A model generated the notes under the pieces. It was not told the DNA's origin, searched no databases, and was given only the letters and a program-made list of their open reading frames with translations. A DNA stretch of 64,000 nt from Candidatus Gottesmanbacteria bacterium (GTDB lineage Bacteria > Patescibacteriota > Microgenomatia > UBA10105 > UBA927): the NCBI GenBank assembly GCA_963701185.1, contig OY969569.1, positions 795,548-859,547 of the forward strand, written 5' to 3'. Positions 9,749-19,701 of the stretch are shown piece after piece. Position numbers and translations under genes: made by a program. How positions within the stretch are numbered: the stretch's first letter is position 1; every line of letters begins with the position of its first letter.

Positions 9749-10441
9749 TTATCCCTGCAAGCGGGAGGACGGACAGAGGGAGTTCATCACGCACGCCGCG
9801 CAGTCGGGGTTTTGGGCACGGCAACGGGCGCGGCCGTGATCGATAAGGAGATAGGTGAGGCTAAACCAGTCTTTTTTGGGAATGACCGTCATGAGGTCTT
9901 TCTCAATTTTTACGGGATCCGCGTCTTTTGTGTAATCGATGAATACCTTGCCTCCGCGCTCAAAAATCATGAGTTTTTTACCGCCGATTTTCGTCAAATC
10001 CACGAGACGCAGCCGCTGGCTCACGCGCGACACGTGCGTATCCACCGCGATTCCGACCACGACGCCGTAGGCGTTCCCCAATACCACATTGGCGGTTTTC
10101 CGGGCAACACCGGGGATCGTGAGCATTTCGTCCATGGTTCTTGGAACATGACCGCGGGTTGCGCGTGCTGCAGCAAGGATGTGTTTTGCCTTATTGTGAT
10201 AAAACCCTGTTGACCTGATATCATGCTCAAATTCAGACAGATCTGCCTGCAGATAATCATTAATCGATGTATATTTCTTAAAAAGTTTTTCCGTGACTTT
10301 GTTGACAGTCAGGTCCGTACACTGGGCCGAAAGCATGACGGCGACCAGAAGTTCCCACGGAGTTGAATAATGAAGGATAATATGTGCGCCTGGATAGGTT
10401 TTTTTCAATAAAGAGAGAATGAGACTTGCATTATGAGCCAT
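9749..10441 (-). CDS. nth: Endonuclease III
   Basis: LLVAVMLSAQCTD, PGVARKTA (HhH), VDTHV and a C-terminal Cx6Cx2Cx5C Fe-S motif. Start reassigned to MAHN. Confidence 0.95.
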   Translation of the reverse strand: MAHNASLILSLLKKTYPGAHIILHYSTPWELLVAVMLSAQCTDLTVNKVTEKLFKKYTSINDYLQADLSEFEHDIRSTGFYHNKAKHILAAARATRGHVPRTMDEMLTIPGVARKTANVVLGNAYGVVVGIAVDTHVSRVSQRLRLVDLTKIGGKKLMIFERGGKVFIDYTKDADPVKIEKDLMTVIPKKDWFSLTYLLIDHGRARCRAQNPDCAACVMNSLCPSSRLQG

Positions 10442-10463
10442 AGCCTGAGTACAATCATAGCAC

Positions 10464-10964
10464 ATGACCATCCCGAGGCTACATTTCCCGCATATTTCCC
10501 GAATATTCTCCGCATTTTGTCTTTGGACGCTCCTTCTTACGCTTGTCAGCTTCAATATCTTCCTGCGGATCACCAAGCCTATGACCTATGCGGACGGTGT
10601 TTTTCAGATATTTGCCCACCCTAACGCTGCTTCCGCATATGAAAACCTGGCCCAAGCGCTGTGGAGCTCGGGGGCGCGTACCCAAGCAAACCACGAACTG
10701 GCTATTGTCGCAGAACTTAACCCGGTGTTAGGCGCAAGTACAACAGCCAAGGAAGAACGTGAGAAAACCGATAGTATCTATTGGCTCAACATTGCCGCCT
10801 CATACCCCGACTATCGCGATGCCTATCTGCAAATTGCCGCACTCTCTTACCGTCAGGGAAATCTCACGCAAACGCATGCGTATCTCGTCAAGGCTCTGGC
10901 ACTGGATCCGAATAATGCGGCGATCAACCGACTTCTTGCGTTTACTTCGAAGTTTTTGGAGTAG
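10464..10964 (+). CDS. TPR-containing membrane-anchored protein
   Basis: TM helix, then YPDYRDAYLQIA..ALALDPNN TPR-type repeat. Confidence 0.75.
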   Translation: MTIPRLHFPHISRIFSAFCLWTLLLTLVSFNIFLRITKPMTYADGVFQIFAHPNAASAYENLAQALWSSGARTQANHELAIVAELNPVLGASTTAKEEREKTDSIYWLNIAASYPDYRDAYLQIAALSYRQGNLTQTHAYLVKALALDPNNAAINRLLAFTSKFLE

Positions 10965-11643
10965 GTTCGACAGGAGGAGCAGCTTCTGTCGGTGTTACTG
11001 CTTCCGTAGCTGCCGGGGCGGCGGCGGCTTCTGCGGCTGCGGCGGCTTTCACTGCTGCTTCCGCAGCGGCTTCTGCTTCTGCTTCTTTACTGATTAATGC
11101 TCCGACACGAATGACAGATTGATCTTGAGGAGTCAGAACGGTTACGCCGGAAGAAACTTTGAGCTCTCCCACCTTCACTTCCTGACCAACCTCTGCCAAT
11201 GGTGAAATATTAACCGTCAGCTTTTCCGGCAAGTCCGTCGGCAACGCTTCCACTTCCACCTCGTCAATAAGAGTGAGAAGTACCCCGACTTTCCCGATAA
11301 CCGCCGGCGCGTCCCCGATAAAAACGAGCGGCACTTTTGCATGAACTTTTTCTTTCAAATCTACCTGGTGAAATTCAATATGCAGCACCTGATTCGTCAC
11401 GGGATCTTTCTGCAATGTGTGGACAAGAACAGGCCGGATATCTTTTCCCACCGCAAGTTCAACCAGCCCCGTCTCCCCTGCTTCCTTGTATAGCTTCTCA
11501 AATCCTGCTGCGGGAACCGAAACCGAAACGCTTGTAACATTTTTGCCGTATACCGTCGCAGGAATCTGACCTTCCCGGCGCAGTTTTTTCACTTTCCTGC
11601 CGACGAGATCACGGGGTTGGGCTGTTAAGGAATGTTTTTTCAT
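10942..11643 (-). CDS. rplY: 50S ribosomal protein L25/Ctc
   Basis: KLRREGQIPATVYG, HIEFHQV, EVEALPTDLP and an Ala/Glu tail. Confidence 0.95.
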   Translation of the reverse strand: MKKHSLTAQPRDLVGRKVKKLRREGQIPATVYGKNVTSVSVSVPAAGFEKLYKEAGETGLVELAVGKDIRPVLVHTLQKDPVTNQVLHIEFHQVDLKEKVHAKVPLVFIGDAPAVIGKVGVLLTLIDEVEVEALPTDLPEKLTVNISPLAEVGQEVKVGELKVSSGVTVLTPQDQSVIRVGALISKEAEAEAAAEAAVKAAAAAEAAAAPAATEAVTPTEAAPPVEPTPKTSK

Positions 11644-11645
11644 TG

Positions 11646-14087
11646 TTACTTTGTGAACCGGATGCGCGTGAGACGGTCGCGGTCAAGAATCGTATTGTAC
11701 TCGAGTTGGCCGGTGTTTGCAATAAAGTCTTCCTGCCCCTCCACGCCTGCGGTCCATTCGGAGGGATACCGCACCACGGTATGGACCGGCGCTGCGTTCA
11801 CCCCCGGCTGTTTTTGGATAAAGAGGTCAAGGAGCGCACCGGAGTCTCCGAATGAAACGGCCTGATTTCTGGTATAGGAAATGGTGATGTTTTTTTCACT
11901 TCCGGAAGGAATATCCGCGGCAACCCCCAGGACATACAACGGGCTTGTCAGATCCGTCCGCTCAAGATACGGAAGGGAGGGAATTTTTGTCGCGTCTTTG
12001 CGCGCGGGAACCAGAGCCCCGTCAATGGTCACGCCGGCAACGGCGACATCCGGGGGCAGCAAAAACCGAAGATAGGTCCGGTACGATAATTGTTGTTCCT
12101 GCCCGCTGGTATTTTTGATTGTCATGGTTGCCGTTTCACTGACCGTGCCGTCGGCATCGACCGTTACCTGCCGGTTCAGCATCCTGCTGACAAAATAGTT
12201 CGCTTTGTTCACTCCCATATTGGATTCAACAGCAATAAACGGATCAAACCTGCAGGCTCCCTGAGTTTCGCCGACACAGCCGGTCGCGGACGGCACCCGA
12301 CCGGCCCACCCGTAATGGGAAATGACCGACTGAAGCTCATCATTCCCGAACATCATGAGAAGGTCGTGACCGGAAAGCGCGCGTGTTACGGCCTGAAACA
12401 ATGCGGGGACATTCGTGGTTCGGCCGGTCGTAATTTTTGTGATGAGCGCCCGCATCAAGGCTCCGAGAAAATCTCTTTTTTGGGTAGACCCGGGAAAAAA
12501 ATCCGCCTGCGTATAGTACAGGGACTTCCCGTAAAAATTATCCGCCGTGATGCGGTCATTATAATCAGGAAGGTCAATCGGCCCGGTTGCTTTCAACACC
12601 TCAACGATAAATGGCGTGTTGACGGCGAATACTCCGTCAACGCTGGTGCCGCTTTCTTTCTGGAAAAACCATGCGGCCTTTGAGCCGCTCACGGAAAAAT
12701 CCGGGTCCCAGTTTGAATCGCGTAAATACCAATGCTCCTGCCCGAGCAGTTCCCGAATGGGTATCGGCGGATCCGCGTGCCCTTTGAGTTGCCCGTCAAA
12801 AGTATAGACGTCATGCACCGCCAAATCCGTCATCCGTCCGTCTTCAAATGATGCAGTCGCGATACTGCCGAGAAACCCTCCTGTCGGCCGAAGTTCCGCG
12901 CTGTTCTGAAATAAAACAAGATAGGTCCTGGGTTCTTTAAATCCTGCAAGCTGTAAAAATAATGAGACGAGTTTATCCATGTTGGATGCAAAATCCCGAA
13001 GCGTTGTAATTTCTGCAACGACGCGCGTTCCTTCCCGTGCAATCCGGGGAATGGTAAACGGAAACGTCCGGTCTTTCAAAAGAAGTGTAAGTTCCGCTTG
13101 GGCAAGTCCCAACGAATTCTGAACCGAATGTAATGATCTTCGGAGTTTCGTGATATCTGATACCGGCGTCGTACCGGTGCCGGTAACATCCATTTGGTTC
13201 AAAAACCCGGATGCCACCGACTGACTCACTCCCATCATGGACTGAACCTCTTCACTGGCTGCTTCCGCATCGGAAAAAAATGAGAGTAATCGTTCCTGAC
13301 CGCGGATCTGATCCTGAGCCCCTGCCCATTTCAAGGGAACGGCAGCGACATGAAGGACCATGTTCCCCTGTCCGATCCAATATTTTGCAACGCGTAATTG
13401 CCACCCCGCAGTTCCCATGTTTCCGGCGCTGACGGCGCGCACACTTCCGGCAAGGAACGCGCCGGCCGCGGCAATACTGACCAGATACCAGATGACCGGA
13501 AGAATAAGTATCCCCAACCCCATCAAAACACCGGCCAACCACTGCCGCTGTTTTTTCTTCCTGCGGGGAGGAGGTTTCGTGTTATCGCCAAATACATCTT
13601 TGATCATATGACTGATCCGTTCCTTGTCGCTCACCGCCCCCGCCGGAGATTCAACAATGGGCTTCTCATGTGCGATTCGGCTTAGCCGCGGGCTTCGCAG
13701 GTCTAACGTATTTTTTTCCGAGGTGAAAAAAAATTCGAGCATGCCGGCCACCTGTACCCCGGAAATTTCTTTCGGATCGACAAAAATAATTTTGCCGTGG
13801 TAGTCCGCCGGATCGGGCGGGACGGGCGGATATCCGACAACGATTGCGAGTCTTTTTTCCTTTTGTTTTTTCGTCCGGAAAAAAATATCTTTCACAAAAT
13901 CGCTGTCGCCCATCACCAGATGATATATCGCAGCAACATCGGGAACCTTGTTGACAACCACCTGAACCCCGTGTCTTTCTAAGTATTCCCGCAGCGGCAA
14001 TACTGCTGGCGCGTCCTGCGCGTCAATACGGGCTGCAGGTTGTGCGTTTTGTTCACCGGTTGCAACTGATGCGGCGGCAGAATGCAT
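11646..14087 (-). CDS. DUF4012 domain membrane protein
   Basis: YLVLFQNSAELRPTGGFLGS, LRDSNWDPDF and NMGVNKANYF. Confidence 0.85.
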   Translation of the reverse strand: MHSAAASVATGEQNAQPAARIDAQDAPAVLPLREYLERHGVQVVVNKVPDVAAIYHLVMGDSDFVKDIFFRTKKQKEKRLAIVVGYPPVPPDPADYHGKIIFVDPKEISGVQVAGMLEFFFTSEKNTLDLRSPRLSRIAHEKPIVESPAGAVSDKERISHMIKDVFGDNTKPPPRRKKKQRQWLAGVLMGLGILILPVIWYLVSIAAAGAFLAGSVRAVSAGNMGTAGWQLRVAKYWIGQGNMVLHVAAVPLKWAGAQDQIRGQERLLSFFSDAEAASEEVQSMMGVSQSVASGFLNQMDVTGTGTTPVSDITKLRRSLHSVQNSLGLAQAELTLLLKDRTFPFTIPRIAREGTRVVAEITTLRDFASNMDKLVSLFLQLAGFKEPRTYLVLFQNSAELRPTGGFLGSIATASFEDGRMTDLAVHDVYTFDGQLKGHADPPIPIRELLGQEHWYLRDSNWDPDFSVSGSKAAWFFQKESGTSVDGVFAVNTPFIVEVLKATGPIDLPDYNDRITADNFYGKSLYYTQADFFPGSTQKRDFLGALMRALITKITTGRTTNVPALFQAVTRALSGHDLLMMFGNDELQSVISHYGWAGRVPSATGCVGETQGACRFDPFIAVESNMGVNKANYFVSRMLNRQVTVDADGTVSETATMTIKNTSGQEQQLSYRTYLRFLLPPDVAVAGVTIDGALVPARKDATKIPSLPYLERTDLTSPLYVLGVAADIPSGSEKNITISYTRNQAVSFGDSGALLDLFIQKQPGVNAAPVHTVVRYPSEWTAGVEGQEDFIANTGQLEYNTILDRDRLTRIRFTK

Positions 14088-14179
14088 AATGGGAAGAATG
14101 TAGACGTTTGTATTATTGCAAATAATACATCCGAAAACAACGAATCAGATGTGATGTATCACGCACAACAAGATCAAGC

Positions 14180-14605
14180 CTACATGAGCGTGTTGTCCAG
14201 CGCCTGGTTGACCAGAAAATCTGCGCGCCGGTTTTGTTCGCGGGGTATGGAAGTGTAGTGGACCACTCCCCCCACCTCTTGTTCCAAAATCCTGATGCCG
14301 GTCGCCAGCGACCGGAGAGTCGGATCTTTAATTTTAAATAATCCGTTAAGCTGGTTAACCACTAGCGTAGAGTCCAAATAAAAAAATATTTCCAATTTTC
14401 CATTCTTCATTCTAAACTCTAAACTCTTCATTGCTTTTAATGCTTCCTCAACCGCCGTATATTCTGCAACATTGTTCGTCGCATTTCCGATTGCTTTTCC
14501 GATTTTTTTTATGACGTTCTTTTTCTCATCTTCAATAACCACGCCGATTCCTGCCGGACCCGGATTGCCCCGTGCTCCCCCATCGGTATGAATAATGAAT
14601 TTCAT
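14180..14605 (-). CDS. Ribonuclease HI family protein
   Basis: TDGGARGNPGPAG, TNNVAEY, DSTLVVNQ and NRRADFL; ATGA overlap with the flippase stop. Confidence 0.92.
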   Translation of the reverse strand: MKFIIHTDGGARGNPGPAGIGVVIEDEKKNVIKKIGKAIGNATNNVAEYTAVEEALKAMKSLEFRMKNGKLEIFFYLDSTLVVNQLNGLFKIKDPTLRSLATGIRILEQEVGGVVHYTSIPREQNRRADFLVNQALDNTLM

Positions 14606-15816
14606 AACTTGCGCAGTAACATTGATCCGCTTACAACCAATACCAGCCCTTCGGAGATTACCGTCCACCATGCCGCCGCCATAAATCCGTATGCCGGAAC
14701 AAACACAATATTGCCGACAAGATTAACAATCATCGCCGTCCCGTAAATAACAACAAGTGAGGATTGTTTCTTTACTGCAATCAGCGCCCACATCGTGGCA
14801 CTTGTCAGAAAGAAAAACGGCAGGCCCAATGATAACACGCGCAGCGCTCCGACACTCGGAGCAAAATCGCTTTTAATAAGCGTAACGGCGGGGGCCGCAA
14901 ACCATATAACGATAAGGGACAGGAGAGAGGTGATCAGTAAAAACAAAAATGAATGCATAAAAATTGATTTGAATTTTGACCGTTCCTGTTTGAGCAGAAT
15001 GGGATACACGGCATTCATAAAAAATGTCGGAAACACCAATGCCACTTCAAATACTTTATACGCCAGACCGTAGACGCCGACTTCTGCCGTCGGCCTGGTG
15101 AGGGTGAGGATCACGCTGTCCGCGCGGAAATAGACGAGATTAAAAAGCAGGGTAACCCCCAGGGGTATGGAGGGAAGTAAAAGCCGCTTCATGTCCCCAA
15201 AAGAAATGTGTATCATTGGCAGGGGGGACGAGCGCAGCGCAACATACATTGTTGTTGCCGCGGTCATGATAGAACCGGCGACCAGCGCAAGAAGCGCGGC
15301 CGTAATCCCCGGCACAGCCCACTGGAACAGGAGCACCCACAACAGTCCGACGGTCGTCAGCGACCCGGCCAGTATTGCCCATGCGGAAAAATCATAGCGG
15401 AGTTTTTTTTGAAATATTGCATTGCCGGTCGTAATCCAGGCCTGAAACACGATGGTGGGGGAATACAGGAGAATTCCCAGTCTCACGAGAGATGTATACC
15501 CCTGACTGCCCGTGTCGGGCAAAAGCCAAACAATCACGATGGCCAATGCGACAAGAACCAATCCGCCGATTGTCCGGATACCGATGAGTGCCGGCCAGCT
15601 TGTCCGCGACTGCGCCTGCTGCAAATACACGGCGTTCATGCCGAAATCCGCCAGAAGATAAAAGAGTGCAACGTAGGTCGTGATTTTTACAAAATCTCCG
15701 TACCCGTCAGCCCCCAATTGCCGGGCAACCAAAAACGTGACGATAAACGTAGCCGCGACGCTCACCCCCCTCCCGATGAGCTGGCTGACCGTGTTGATCG
15801 CAACACTTTTCTTCAT
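14602..15816 (-). CDS. Polysaccharide flippase (Wzx/RfbX family)
   Basis: About 12 TM helices; ARQLGADGYG, LADFG and EVGVYGLAYK. Confidence 0.88.
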   Translation of the reverse strand: MKKSVAINTVSQLIGRGVSVAATFIVTFLVARQLGADGYGDFVKITTYVALFYLLADFGMNAVYLQQAQSRTSWPALIGIRTIGGLVLVALAIVIVWLLPDTGSQGYTSLVRLGILLYSPTIVFQAWITTGNAIFQKKLRYDFSAWAILAGSLTTVGLLWVLLFQWAVPGITAALLALVAGSIMTAATTMYVALRSSPLPMIHISFGDMKRLLLPSIPLGVTLLFNLVYFRADSVILTLTRPTAEVGVYGLAYKVFEVALVFPTFFMNAVYPILLKQERSKFKSIFMHSFLFLLITSLLSLIVIWFAAPAVTLIKSDFAPSVGALRVLSLGLPFFFLTSATMWALIAVKKQSSLVVIYGTAMIVNLVGNIVFVPAYGFMAAAWWTVISEGLVLVVSGSMLLRKL

Positions 15817-15820
15817 ATCG

Positions 15821-17029
15821 TCATTGTATCAAAGAAAGGGAAAGAAAAATGGTAAACAGCAGTTGACCCTGCTGAAGAGTTAAAAAATAATGATCCGCAA
15901 GACCGAGCAATAACAAAAATATAAATGACTTTTCTTTTTTCAGTGCTTTCCATATTAACCATAAAAAAATAACCAGTCCGATCATTCCCGTTTCCGACAA
16001 AATCAGCAAATATATATTATGCACCGGCTGCAAAAAATAAATGGTCCGCGACACCAGATGGGCGGGAAGCCGTACCAAAAAATTTCCCAATCCGTTGCCG
16101 ATGATGGGGGACGCACGGAACATCGAAATGGCGGCTGTATTTAATTGTTGCCGGATGACAACGGATTCATCCTGAAATCCAAACGTTTTTCCGATAAAAA
16201 ATATAAACAGAATTGCAAAAAAAAGGATAGGAAAAAACATGCGATTCTTTTTTCTAAATACAAAATACACAATACTCAATACACATACGACCCACGCGCT
16301 GCGGCTAAATGTCAAAATCAATGCAATGATTCCTAAAATAATCGTGACTGTTTTATAAATTGAAAATTTCTTTGTTTGATTGAAAATTGAAAATTGAAAA
16401 TTGAAAATTAACAATGGCAACATTGTTGCGAGGTATCCTCCCAAAACATTCGGGTGGGGGAATGTCGCGTAACTGCGGAGTTTAAATAGGGAATAAAAAT
16501 CAACGCGGGCGATGCCGGGTGTGTTTACGGAAAATGTCCGTTCACCTAAAAACCAAAAAATTCCTCCAAGAGAGTGCTGAAATAGAAATTGCATGATGGC
16601 GAGTAGAGAAGAATACAAAACGCCGACGGATAACGGGAAAATAATTGAAGAAAATTTTGGTTTCGTCTGAACGATATATATTCCCAGCGCCGCCATCTCC
16701 AAAATTTTTACCCATGCGAACAACGCGACCATGCGGTCGGCTGCAAAATAAATATTCGCACTACTGAATCCTAATATCAGAAAAACTTTTGCAATGGCTG
16801 ATTGAAAATTTCTTTGTTTGATTGAAAATTGAAAATTGAAAATTGAAATTTTTTTTTGTATCAACCAAAAAATTATGGTTAAAAAAATAAGTATATCCGT
16901 GAGATACAGAGTAGGGGAAAGGTAATCGACCCGTCTCCCCAATACCAGTGCCCAATCGGGCCAAAAGTGGTATCCCAGTTGCGTCGGCAGGAAAACAAGA
17001 AGAAGAGAAAACAATAATTCGTGCATCAA
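15821..17029 (-). CDS. O-antigen ligase family protein
   Basis: RSYATFPHPNVLGG, LTFSRSAW, GNGLGNF and PVHNIYLLILSETG. Confidence 0.9.
   Translation of the reverse strand: MMHELLFSLLLVFLPTQLGYHFWPDWALVLGRRVDYLSPTLYLTDILIFLTIIFWLIQKKISIFNFQFSIKQRNFQSAIAKVFLILGFSSANIYFAADRMVALFAWVKILEMAALGIYIVQTKPKFSSIIFPLSVGVLYSSLLAIMQFLFQHSLGGIFWFLGERTFSVNTPGIARVDFYSLFKLRSYATFPHPNVLGGYLATMLPLLIFNFQFSIFNQTKKFSIYKTVTIILGIIALILTFSRSAWVVCVLSIVYFVFRKKNRMFFPILFFAILFIFFIGKTFGFQDESVVIRQQLNTAAISMFRASPIIGNGLGNFLVRLPAHLVSRTIYFLQPVHNIYLLILSETGMIGLVIFLWLIWKALKKEKSFIFLLLLGLADHYFLTLQQGQLLFTIFLSLSLIQ
16359..16850. repeat. Two 48-bp identical (TTGAAAA)n heptamer elements inside the O-antigen ligase gene
   Basis: 16359-16406 is identical to 16801-16848; offset is 442 bp. 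Confidence 0.85.
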
Positions 17030-17041
17030 CCCAATAATACG

Positions 17042-17497
17042 TTAAATCGCCTTGGGTTTCACGAGCAGCGTCCGGGACACGCCTTCGCCCACGGATTCTG
17101 TTTCCACCCGTTCATCGCCGGCAAGTGTGAGGTGAATAACGCGGCGTTCGGATGCGGATAGGTGGGGCAGTTCAATGGGCCGCCCGGCGGAAATGGCCCG
17201 CTCGGCCGCATGCTGGGCCATGAGCATGAGGGCTTCTTCCCGTTTTTCGCGGTAGTCGCCGACATTCACATAGACTTTCACCCATTGGGCCAGCTCCTTG
17301 GAAACCAACAGCCCCAAAATAATCTGGAAACTCTCGAGCGTTTTCCCGTGGAATCCGATCAATAAACCCGTTTCTTCCGTTTCGATATGTACGCGGAATG
17401 CACCGGTCTCGTCCAGGTCGACGCTAACCGCGCCGGCAACATCAAGCCGCTTCAAAAAATCTTCCGTTATCTTTTTTACCTTCTCTATATGTTCCAT
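17042..17497 (-). CDS. jag: Jag/KhpB KH-R3H RNA-binding protein
   Basis: LIGFHGKTLESFQ (KH) and ERRVIH (R3H); downstream of yidC. Confidence 0.9.
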   Translation of the reverse strand: MEHIEKVKKITEDFLKRLDVAGAVSVDLDETGAFRVHIETEETGLLIGFHGKTLESFQIILGLLVSKELAQWVKVYVNVGDYREKREEALMLMAQHAAERAISAGRPIELPHLSASERRVIHLTLAGDERVETESVGEGVSRTLLVKPKAI

Positions 17498-17499
17498 GA

Positions 17500-18288
17500 T
17501 TACTTTTCCTTATTAATTGCAATCTGCTGCATGATACCAAAAAGTCCGAAGATGTTCCAATACAGCGCAAGCCCCAACGGGAACTGGTAGGCAAAATATC
17601 CAAACATAATAGGGGTAATAATAGCCATTTGTTTTTGCATGTCCGCAGCCATATCCTCTTTAGGTTTTTCATCTTTGACTGCCAACGCTTTCGCGGCTGG
17701 AGCCGTATTCATCATGAGCTTGGTCTGCCAATACTGCAATGCCGCCGTAATCACGGGAATAAGGAGGAGCCAATACCCCTGTGTCTGAAATTGCGACGGT
17801 TTGACCCCAAGATTCATCCCGAAAAAACTCAGATCAAGAGTTGTCAATTTCAATGCAGGCAGATACACGATCTGGTTGATTTCCCCCATCATTTTCGAAA
17901 GGTTGCCGTTGTTTAACACCTGATAAAAAACGTTGTAGAGGGCGATGAGTACCGGCATCTGGATAAGAAGGGGGAGACACCCTGCCGCGGGATTAACGCC
18001 GTGTTCTTTATAAAGCGCCATCTGCGCCTGTTGGAGGGCGGCTTTGTCTCCTTTATGTTTGATCGATAGCGCGTCCATGTGCGGTTTGATCTTTGCCATT
18101 TTTTTGGCGCTCCTTAGTTGGGCGGCCATGAGGGGATAGAGGAGAAGCCGGATGATAAGCGTGAGTCCGATGACGGCAAACCCCAAGGGCCCGGGGATAT
18201 GCAGAAATTCAAAAAGTTTGTACAGGGCGATGAGCACGTTCAAAATCGGCCAGACTAACAGTTGATTCCAGAGATTCGGATTCGTCAT
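17500..18288 (-). CDS. yidC: Membrane protein insertase YidC (short form)
   Basis: [22 protein letters not shown] and FPLGLALYW. Confidence 0.95.
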   Translation of the reverse strand: MTNPNLWNQLLVWPILNVLIALYKLFEFLHIPGPLGFAVIGLTLIIRLLLYPLMAAQLRSAKKMAKIKPHMDALSIKHKGDKAALQQAQMALYKEHGVNPAAGCLPLLIQMPVLIALYNVFYQVLNNGNLSKMMGEINQIVYLPALKLTTLDLSFFGMNLGVKPSQFQTQGYWLLLIPVITAALQYWQTKLMMNTAPAAKALAVKDEKPKEDMAADMQKQMAIITPIMFGYFAYQFPLGLALYWNIFGLFGIMQQIAINKEK

Positions 18289-18500
18289 ATGTTTGGTACG
18301 GGATCAAAACCGCCTTTCGACCATGGATGGCAGCGAAGAATACGTCTCACCCCCAAAATCGATCCTCTGATTATACCATAGCGCTCGATTGCGCCATAGG
18401 TGTACTCGCTGCACGTGGGAGAAAAACGGCATGCCTGTCCGGTTAAGGGAGATATATACCGCTGATAGAACCGGATGGATTTCAAAATAAACCGTTTCAT
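18285..18500 (-). CDS. yidD: Membrane protein insertion efficiency factor
   Basis: [21 protein letters not shown]. Confidence 0.95.
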   Translation of the reverse strand: MKRFILKSIRFYQRYISPLTGQACRFSPTCSEYTYGAIERYGIIRGSILGVRRILRCHPWSKGGFDPVPNI

Positions 18501-18844
18501 ACGGAAAGTAATCCGCTGATGATTTTTTCCACTTCAGACTGGGGGATATCCGCGAAATTCTTCTTCGCGATAAAAATACCGTCAATGGGCGGTAAGGTTG
18601 ATAAAAGATGCCGCACCGATTCGCTCATAACCCGGCGCATGCGGTTCCGTTGCGTCGCGCGTTTATCTATTTTTGTCGACACGATGAACGCGAATCTGGA
18701 AGTATTATTGTCATTCCCGCGCAGGCGGGAATCGGTATTGGTTTTTTTATAAATTAACTCAATGAGCTCACTGCGTACGTGCGTGCCGTAGCGCAAAAGT
18801 GGAGATATCCCTTCTTTGGGAAGTCTATGGGCGGCGGACAACAT
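18497..18844 (-). CDS. rnpA: Ribonuclease P protein component
   Basis: [22 protein letters not shown] (RNR motif); located between rpmH and yidD. Confidence 0.9.
   Translation of the reverse strand: MLSAAHRLPKEGISPLLRYGTHVRSELIELIYKKTNTDSRLRGNDNNTSRFAFIVSTKIDKRATQRNRMRRVMSESVRHLLSTLPPIDGIFIAKKNFADIPQSEVEKIISGLLSV
18709..18742 (+). repeat. REP-like palindrome (copy B), in-frame within rnpA
   Basis: TGTCATTCCCGCGCAGGCGGGAATCGGTATTGGT; read as [11 protein letters not shown] in RnpA. Confidence 0.85.
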
Positions 18845-18847
18845 GAA

Positions 18848-18985
18848 TTAAATACTGACGCGGCGGCGTCCAACCAGCCTGCGGTGCTTCAACACCTTAC
18901 GGCCGCCGATCGTACGCATCCTGAGACGGAATCCGTGCTTCCGGATGTGTTTTTTCTTTTTCGGCTGATAGACGCGCTTGGGCAT
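18848..18985 (-). CDS. rpmH: 50S ribosomal protein L34
   Basis: Manual translation [45 protein letters not shown] (below the ORF-track cutoff). Confidence 0.95.
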   Translation of the reverse strand: MPKRVYQPKKKKHIRKHGFRLRMRTIGGRKVLKHRRLVGRRRVSI

Positions 18986-19030
18986 GGGGGTAGTATACCA
19001 AGATTTCCCTTGTGGTACAATAACCCCGAT

Positions 19031-19372
19031 ATGATGGTCATCACAAAACCAATTCCGTTTTCAAAAGTAAAAGCGCTTGCGAAAAACCGGTTCGGCAACC
19101 TCATAAAAGCCGTCATTGATATTCAGGGGGAGACTCTTGCCATAGACGCGGATCTCCATTCGGACGAGGAAGCGGAGTTGCTCTCCCAAGGCTGCAAACA
19201 GGAAAACCTGTGGGGTATTAATTTGTATCCAGAATTAACCGGCGACGATTTTATCGAATTTGATTCCATGATTAATGTGCGGCCGCAGTCGGGTAATATG
19301 ACCTGCGGCATCGCTGACCTCGCGATTCAGAAAAAAATCCGGACCATCGTACACCGTCTTATCATCGTATAA
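19031..19372 (+). CDS. DUF5674-type protein
   Basis: [37 protein letters not shown]. Confidence 0.75.
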   Translation: MMVITKPIPFSKVKALAKNRFGNLIKAVIDIQGETLAIDADLHSDEEAELLSQGCKQENLWGINLYPELTGDDFIEFDSMINVRPQSGNMTCGIADLAIQKKIRTIVHRLIIV

Positions 19373-19374
19373 CC

Positions 19375-19701
19375 ATGCAACATAAAAATCTGACCATAAA
19401 ACGCTGGAGCAGGCTTTCCCTCATGGAACAACTCGCGAACATCGGAAGCGAGGTCATCCGCGCGACCAACTGGCAGGAAAAGGGGAAAACGGAATACGCC
19501 GCGCTGGCGTTTTATCGTGCGCTTGAACTTACCGACTGTACGCTTGCCCAACCGCTCGAATATACAAAACTCCGGGAGCTTACCCGCATGAGAGAAATAC
19601 TGGTCGATTATTTCTTCGGAAAGAACATCTATGGTTCAACCGCTTCCTCGTGGCAATCGTATTTCGGCGCCTTTACCTTCGCCGCTCGTCGTACCGCATA
19701 A
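19375..19701 (+). CDS. Conserved helical hypothetical protein coupled to the DUF5674-type gene
   Basis: LSLMEQLANIGSEV..RELTRMRE; starts 2 bp after the upstream stop. Confidence 0.7.
   Translation: MQHKNLTIKRWSRLSLMEQLANIGSEVIRATNWQEKGKTEYAALAFYRALELTDCTLAQPLEYTKLRELTRMREILVDYFFGKNIYGSTASSWQSYFGAFTFAARRTA

Noticed and set aside
18779-19030. N-terminal extension of the 197-aa ORF in the track
   Set aside because: It is antisense to rpmH/rnpA; the real start is ATG 19031.
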